Origin: Kiritimatiellia bacterium
Lineage (GTDB): Bacteria; Verrucomicrobiota; Kiritimatiellia; UBA8416; SLMC01
Direction: 5' to 3'
Length of the DNA stretch: 18,925 nt
NCBI GenBank assembly: GCA_007133745.1
Contig: SLMC01000317.1
Coordinates: forward strand, 1-18,925
In this document: piece by piece, positions 14,250 to 18,925 of the stretch
How the letters are laid out: each line of letters starts with the position of its first letter
Position numbering within the stretch: the first letter of the stretch is position 1
The notes under the pieces: model-generated
Databases searched by the model: none
Told to the model about the DNA's origin: nothing
Seen by the model: the letters and a program-made list of their open reading frames with translations, nothing else
Position numbers and translations under genes: made by a program

Positions 14250-17200
14250 ATGGCAACGAAGAACATGGTTACGGTGGACGGCAATACGGCGGCGGCGACA
14301 GTGGCGCACGCCATGAGCGAGGTGTGCGCGATCTATCCGATTACGCCGTCCTCGGGGATGGGCGAGTCGGCGGATGAATTCAGCGCCGCCGGCATGAAGA
14401 ACATTTGGGGCACGGTGCCCGATATCGTGGAGTTGCAGTCGGAAGGCGGCGCGGCCGGCGCGGTGCACGGGGCCTTGACCTCGGGCGCGCTGAGTTCGAC
14501 GTTTACCGCCTCGCAAGGGCTGCTGCTCATGATCCCGAACATGCACAAGATCGCGGGCGAGCTTACTTCGGTGGTGTTTCATGTGTCCGCCCGGTCCCTG
14601 GCCTGCCAGGGCCTGTCCATTTTCGGCGATCATTCCGATGTCATGTCGGTGCGCAACACGGGTTTCGCGTTGCTGGCCTCGGCGTCCATCCAGGAAATCG
14701 GCGATATGGCGCTGATCGCCCATGCCGCCACGCTGGAAACGCGCCTTCCGTTCGTGCATTTCTTCGACGGCTTCCGCAGCTCGCACGAAGTGCAGAAGGT
14801 GGATATGGTCACGCCGGAGATCATGCGGGCCATGATCGACGACGAGCGGGCGTTGCAGCATCGGCTGCGCGGCCTGTGTCCGGATCGGCCCAAAATTCGC
14901 GGAACCGCTCAGAACCCCGACGTCTATTTCCAGGGCCGCGAGACGGTCAACAAATACTATCTGGCCGCGCCGGGCATCATTCAGGGGGTTATGGACAAGT
15001 TTGCCAAGCTGACCGGTCGGGCCTACAAGCTGTTCGACTATGTCGGCGCTTCCGATGCCGAGAAGGTGGTCGTGCTGATGGGATCGGGCGCGGAAACCGC
15101 GCACGAGACGGTGGAATATCTGTGCAGTCAGGGCGAGAAGGTCGGCGTGCTCAAGGTTCGGCTCTATCGTCCGTTCGACGCCAAGGCTTTTGTCGAAGCG
15201 TTGCCCGCCTCGGTTCAGTCCATCGCCGTGCTCGATCGCACCAAGGAACCGGGCGCGATTGGCGAGCCTTTGTACGCAGACGTGCGCACCGCGATCGGCG
15301 AAGCCATGGAAAACAAGTGGTTTGCCGGCTCGCATTATCCCAAAATCGTCGGCGGCCGCTACGGACTCGGCTCCAAGGATTTTACGCCGGCCATGGTCAA
15401 GGCAGTGTTCGACAACCTGTCCGTCGCCCCCCCCAAGAACCACTTTACCGTGGGCATTCAGGACGACGTCACACAGACCAGTCTACCCGTGGACGCGTCC
15501 TGGCACGTGGACAATCCCGGCTGCATCGAGTGCATGTTCTACGGACTCGGCGCCGACGGCACGGTGGGCGCGAACAAGAACTCCATCAAGATCATTGGCG
15601 ACGACACGGACAACTATGCGCAAGGCTATTTCGTGTACGACTCCAAGAAGGCCGGCGCCATGACGGTCTCGCATCTGCGTTTCGGGCCCAAGCAGATACG
15701 CAGTCCGTACCTGTGCTCGAAGGTCGACTTCGTGGCCTGTCACAACTTCTCGTTCCTCGAGAAGTACGACATGCTCGCGCACGCCAAGGAGGGGGCGGTT
15801 TTTCTGCTGGCCTCGCCGTTCGGCAAGGACGAAATCTGGGATCGGCTGCCGCAGGCTGTGCAGAAGCAGATTCTGGCCAAGAAGATCAAGTTCTACGTGA
15901 TCGACGCCATCGCGCTGGCCGAAAAGCTGGGGCTGGGCGCGCGCATCAACACGATCATGCAGACCTGCTTCTTCTCCATCTCGGGCGTATTGCCCAAGGA
16001 CAAAGCCATCGACGCGCTCAAGAACGCCATCAAGAAGACCTACGGCAAGAAAGGCGATGACGTGGTCCAGATGAACTTCAAGGCCGTGGACGAATCGCTT
16101 GCCGCGCTGTACGAAGTGACCGTGCCGGCCGAGGCGACGTCCGCTATCGCCATGCCGCCGACCGTACCGGCCGACGCGCCGGATTTCGTCAAGAATGTCA
16201 CGGCAGTCATGATGCGGCAGGAAGGCGACTCGCTGCCGGTCAGCGCCATGCCGGACGACGGCACCTGGCCGACAGGCACGACCCGCTACGAGAAGCGCAA
16301 CATCGCCGTGCACATTCCCGAATGGAACTCGGACCTGTGCATTCAGTGCGGTCAGTGCTCGCTGGTTTGCCCGCATGCCGCCATTCGGGTCAAGGCCTAC
16401 GACCCGAAGGTTCTGGAAGGCGCACCGGAGACGTTCAAGGCTACGGACGCCAAGGGCAAGGATTTCGCCGGACTGAAGTTCACGGTGCAAGTCGCGCCGG
16501 AAGACTGCACGGGGTGCGGCGCGTGCGTTCAGAACTGTCCGGGCCGCGAGAAGGACAAGGAGACCAAGCAGGAAACCGGCAAGCGCGCCATTATGATGGC
16601 GCCGCAGATTCCGTTGCGCGAACAGGAGGCGGCCAACTTCGCCTTCTTCCTGGCCCTTCCCGATTTGCCGTCGGACAAGGTCAACAAGAACAGCATAAAG
16701 GGCAGTCAGTTCTCGCCGCCGCTGTTCGAGTTTTCGGGCGCGTGCGCCGGGTGCGGCGAAACGGCGTACGTGAAGCTGCTTTCCCAGCTTTTCGGCGACC
16801 GAGCCATGATCGCCAACGCCACGGGCTGCTCGTCGATCTACGGCGGCAATCTGCCGACCACGCCCTATTGCACACGGGGCGACGGACGCGGCCCGGTCTG
16901 GTCCAACTCTCTGTTCGAGGACAATGCGGAGTTCGGGTTCGGCATGCGGCTGGCGGTGGACAAGTTCAATGCCTACGGTCGCGAGCTGCTGAACCGCATG
17001 ATCGCGGGCGATACGGACTGCAAGGATCTGCCCAAGGATCTGATGCAGGCCGTGCTCGATGCCGATCAGTCCTCGCAGCACGCCATCGAGGAACAGCGCG
17101 GACGCGTGGCCGAGTTGAAGGCGCGACTCGAAAAATGCGACTGTGCCGACTGCCGGCAATTGGTGTCGGTGTCCGATTATCTGGTCAAGAAATCGGTCTG

Positions 17201-17831
17201 GGCGCTGGGCGGCGACGGCTGGGCCTACGATATCGGGTACGGCGGGCTCGACCACGTGCTGGCGTCCGGTCGCAACATCAACGTTTTGGTGATGGATACG
17301 GAAGTGTATTCCAACACGGGCGGGCAGGCGTCCAAATCCACGCCGATGGGGGCTGTGGCCAAGTTTGCCGCCGGCGGCAAGCCGACCATGAAGAAGGAGA
17401 TGGGGCTGATGGCCATGACCTACGGCACCGTCTATGTGGCGACCGTGTCCATGGGCGCCAATCCGAACCAGGTGGTCAAAGCCTTCGTCGAGGCCGAAGC
17501 CTACGACGGGCCGTCCCTGATCATTGCCTACTCGCATTGCATCGCGCACGGCATCGACATGACCAACGGACTGGTGAACCAGAAGGAAGCGGTGCTTTCG
17601 GGCCATTTCCCGCTGTATCGCTTCAATCCGGCGCTGGCCGAGCAGGGCAAGAATCCGCTGACGCTCGACAGCAAGACGCCGACCATGTCCTTCAGCGAGC
17701 ATGCGTTGAAAGAAAACCGGTTCAAGATGCTGCTCAAGTCGGACCCTGAAACGGCCAAGCGTCTGATGGAACACGCCGACAAGACGGTCAAGTCCCGTTT
17801 CGAGCGGCTGGAAAAGATGGCGGGCGCGTAG
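14250..17831 (+). CDS. por: Pyruvate:ferredoxin (flavodoxin) oxidoreductase, single-polypeptide PFOR
   Basis: 1193 aa. The N-terminus MATKNMVTVDGNTAAATVAHAMSEVCAIYPITPSS is PFOR-typical. Two 4Fe-4S ferredoxin Cys motifs are present (CIQCGQCSLVCP, CTGCGACVQNCP), as is the TPP-binding GDGW region. Confidence 0.9.
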   Translation: MATKNMVTVDGNTAAATVAHAMSEVCAIYPITPSSGMGESADEFSAAGMKNIWGTVPDIVELQSEGGAAGAVHGALTSGALSSTFTASQGLLLMIPNMHKIAGELTSVVFHVSARSLACQGLSIFGDHSDVMSVRNTGFALLASASIQEIGDMALIAHAATLETRLPFVHFFDGFRSSHEVQKVDMVTPEIMRAMIDDERALQHRLRGLCPDRPKIRGTAQNPDVYFQGRETVNKYYLAAPGIIQGVMDKFAKLTGRAYKLFDYVGASDAEKVVVLMGSGAETAHETVEYLCSQGEKVGVLKVRLYRPFDAKAFVEALPASVQSIAVLDRTKEPGAIGEPLYADVRTAIGEAMENKWFAGSHYPKIVGGRYGLGSKDFTPAMVKAVFDNLSVAPPKNHFTVGIQDDVTQTSLPVDASWHVDNPGCIECMFYGLGADGTVGANKNSIKIIGDDTDNYAQGYFVYDSKKAGAMTVSHLRFGPKQIRSPYLCSKVDFVACHNFSFLEKYDMLAHAKEGAVFLLASPFGKDEIWDRLPQAVQKQILAKKIKFYVIDAIALAEKLGLGARINTIMQTCFFSISGVLPKDKAIDALKNAIKKTYGKKGDDVVQMNFKAVDESLAALYEVTVPAEATSAIAMPPTVPADAPDFVKNVTAVMMRQEGDSLPVSAMPDDGTWPTGTTRYEKRNIAVHIPEWNSDLCIQCGQCSLVCPHAAIRVKAYDPKVLEGAPETFKATDAKGKDFAGLKFTVQVAPEDCTGCGACVQNCPGREKDKETKQETGKRAIMMAPQIPLREQEAANFAFFLALPDLPSDKVNKNSIKGSQFSPPLFEFSGACAGCGETAYVKLLSQLFGDRAMIANATGCSSIYGGNLPTTPYCTRGDGRGPVWSNSLFEDNAEFGFGMRLAVDKFNAYGRELLNRMIAGDTDCKDLPKDLMQAVLDADQSSQHAIEEQRGRVAELKARLEKCDCADCRQLVSVSDYLVKKSVWALGGDGWAYDIGYGGLDHVLASGRNINVLVMDTEVYSNTGGQASKSTPMGAVAKFAAGGKPTMKKEMGLMAMTYGTVYVATVSMGANPNQVVKAFVEAEAYDGPSLIIAYSHCIAHGIDMTNGLVNQKEAVLSGHFPLYRFNPALAEQGKNPLTLDSKTPTMSFSEHALKENRFKMLLKSDPETAKRLMEHADKTVKSRFERLEKMAGA

Positions 17832-17845
17832 CCCGGCAGGAGAAT

Positions 17846-18012
17846 ACGGAATCTTGGAATACTGGATTGTTGGAATGATGGATGCCATGGCAAATCAGAC
17901 TGTTGCCTATTGAGCGTTAGGCTTTGCGCCAATCTTGCGCCGCATCTTTTCCCGGTGCGAGACGTGTGTTTTGGCCTTCTATCATTATTCCAATCTTCCA
18001 TCATTCCATTGT
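17846..18012. repeat. Composite GGAAT-repeat inverted-repeat element, copy 3: left arm 17846-17890, right arm 17981-18012, central near-palindrome GCGCCAAtcTTGCGC ~17926-17940
   Basis: Left arm is CGGAATcTTGGAATacTGGATTgTTGGAATgaTGGATgccATGG. The right arm reverse complement is AATGGAATgaTGGAAgaTTGGAATaaTGAT, a 26/29 match to the copy-2 left arm. It starts 15 bp after the por stop and ends ~40 bp before the next start. Confidence 0.75.
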
Positions 18013-18054
18013 TCTGTTGGACGACCGTAAACACAAACCGCGAAAGGGCCGGTT

Positions 18055-18681
18055 ATGGCTGAAGAACTGCAAGGTTTGATCGATCGCATTCAGAAGGATG
18101 GCGTGGACAAGGCCGAGGAGCAGGCCAAGGGCATTGTCAAGGCTGCCGAGGTGAAGGCGGCCGCCATTGTGAAGAAGGCCGAGGAAGCCGCCGAGGCCAA
18201 GCGCAAGCAAGCCGAGCAGGATGCGGAATCGTTCCGCGAGCGAGGCGAGCAGGCTTTGCGGCAGGCGGCGCGCGATCTGCTGCTGTCCGTGGGTCAGGCG
18301 CTGGACGGGTTGATGACCGCCGCCGTGCGGAGCGACGTGACGGATGCGTTGTCGGGCGACGGGCTCAAGCCGGTGCTGATCGAGGCGGTGAACGGTTACT
18401 TCAAAAGCGCCGAAGGCTCCGTCGATCTGGCCGTGCTGGTGGGCGAAGACCGCGTCAAGGATGTCGAAGCCTGGTTTGCCGAAAAATTCGCCGGCAAGCT
18501 CAAGCAGGGCATGGAGGTCAAGCCCGACGCATCGGTCGTGTCGGGCTTCCGTCTGTCCGTCAAGGACTCCAAGGTGCAGCACGACTTCACGCGCGACGCC
18601 ATTGCCGAGACGCTCGCCAGGCTGCTGCGTCCGCGTCTCGCCGCTCTGGTCAAGGAAGCCGCTGGGAATATGACGGAATAG
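18055..18681 (+). CDS. V/A-type ATPase subunit E-like protein (FliH/YscL superfamily fold)
   Basis: 208 aa. An N-terminal Ala/Glu/Lys-rich coiled coil is followed by a C-terminal region ending VVSGFRLSVKDSKVQHDFTRDAIAETLARLLRPRLAALV. This matches the V-type E subunit C-terminal pattern. No other ATPase subunits are in the window. Confidence 0.45.
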   Translation: MAEELQGLIDRIQKDGVDKAEEQAKGIVKAAEVKAAAIVKKAEEAAEAKRKQAEQDAESFRERGEQALRQAARDLLLSVGQALDGLMTAAVRSDVTDALSGDGLKPVLIEAVNGYFKSAEGSVDLAVLVGEDRVKDVEAWFAEKFAGKLKQGMEVKPDASVVSGFRLSVKDSKVQHDFTRDAIAETLARLLRPRLAALVKEAAGNMTE

Positions 18682-18720
18682 GCGCTGGCCGCGACAGCGT
18701 ACAAACTATGGAGAATGAAT

Positions 18721-18925
18721 ATGCCGGAAGATACTTCGAAAGGTTCGGAACAGGATGCGAGCAAGGCCTTGTTTGCGGGCCTGATCATGATGCTGGGCTC
18801 GTCGGCTATGCAGCAGCTCGGCAAGCTGGTTGATCCGAGTTCGGGAAAATCGGCTGTTAGCCTGGAAGGCGCGCAATCGACCATCGATTTGCTGGACATG
18901 CTCCGTGCCAAGACGCAGGGCAACC
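18721..18925 (+). CDS. DUF1844-like small protein (5' partial; continues beyond the window)
   Basis: The N-terminus KALFAGLIMMLGSSAMQQLGKL...LEGAQSTIDLLDMLRAKTQGN resembles DUF1844. A GGAGAA RBS precedes it. Confidence 0.4.
   Translation, partial: MPEDTSKGSEQDASKALFAGLIMMLGSSAMQQLGKLVDPSSGKSAVSLEGAQSTIDLLDMLRAKTQGN

Noticed and set aside
15427-15434. C8 homopolymer inside por.
   Set aside because: It lies in-frame, encoding Ala-Pro-Pro, in a conserved metabolic gene. There is no reason to suspect phase variation, so it is most likely incidental.
1-18925. CRISPR arrays, tRNA/rRNA genes, and integrase or transposase genes.
   Set aside because: No regularly spaced identical direct repeats with unique spacers are present. 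No cloverleaf-compatible tRNA-like segments or rRNA signatures were seen. No recombinase-like ORF is present, so the GGAAT elements, if mobile, are non-autonomous.

Overview
This is a GC-rich (~63%) bacterial chromosomal segment. Its gene content suggests a deltaproteobacterium-like anaerobe: pyruvate:ferredoxin oxidoreductase, class II aldolase, PATAN/roadblock signalling proteins and DUF1844. Nearly all real genes are on the + strand. In order, the window holds: a LolA-like lipoprotein-sorting protein and an outer-membrane beta-barrel pair; an NfeD–flotillin operon; a TerB-like protein with a Cys-rich tail; a metallophosphoesterase fused to an ER/K-rich helical tail; a two-gene signalling module made of [HhH(ComEA-like) + Roadblock/LC7] and [GspE_N-like + REC + PATAN/DUF4388]; a convergent minus-strand small-protein/nucleotidyltransferase pair that looks like a toxin–antitoxin module; fba; por/nifJ; a V-ATPase-E/FliH-like gene; and a partial DUF1844 gene. 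No rRNA, tRNA or CRISPR is visible. The most unusual structure is non-coding. Three intergenic copies of a ~160–180 bp composite element have terminal inverted arms built from phased GGAAT/TGGAA units, and a short palindrome sits at the centre of each copy. Two other potentially phase-variable tracts lie nearby: a (GACTAAG)n heptad array directly upstream of the LolA-like gene, and a G8 run at the start of the beta-barrel gene. Domain calls rest on recognisable motifs read from the translations. No database search was run.
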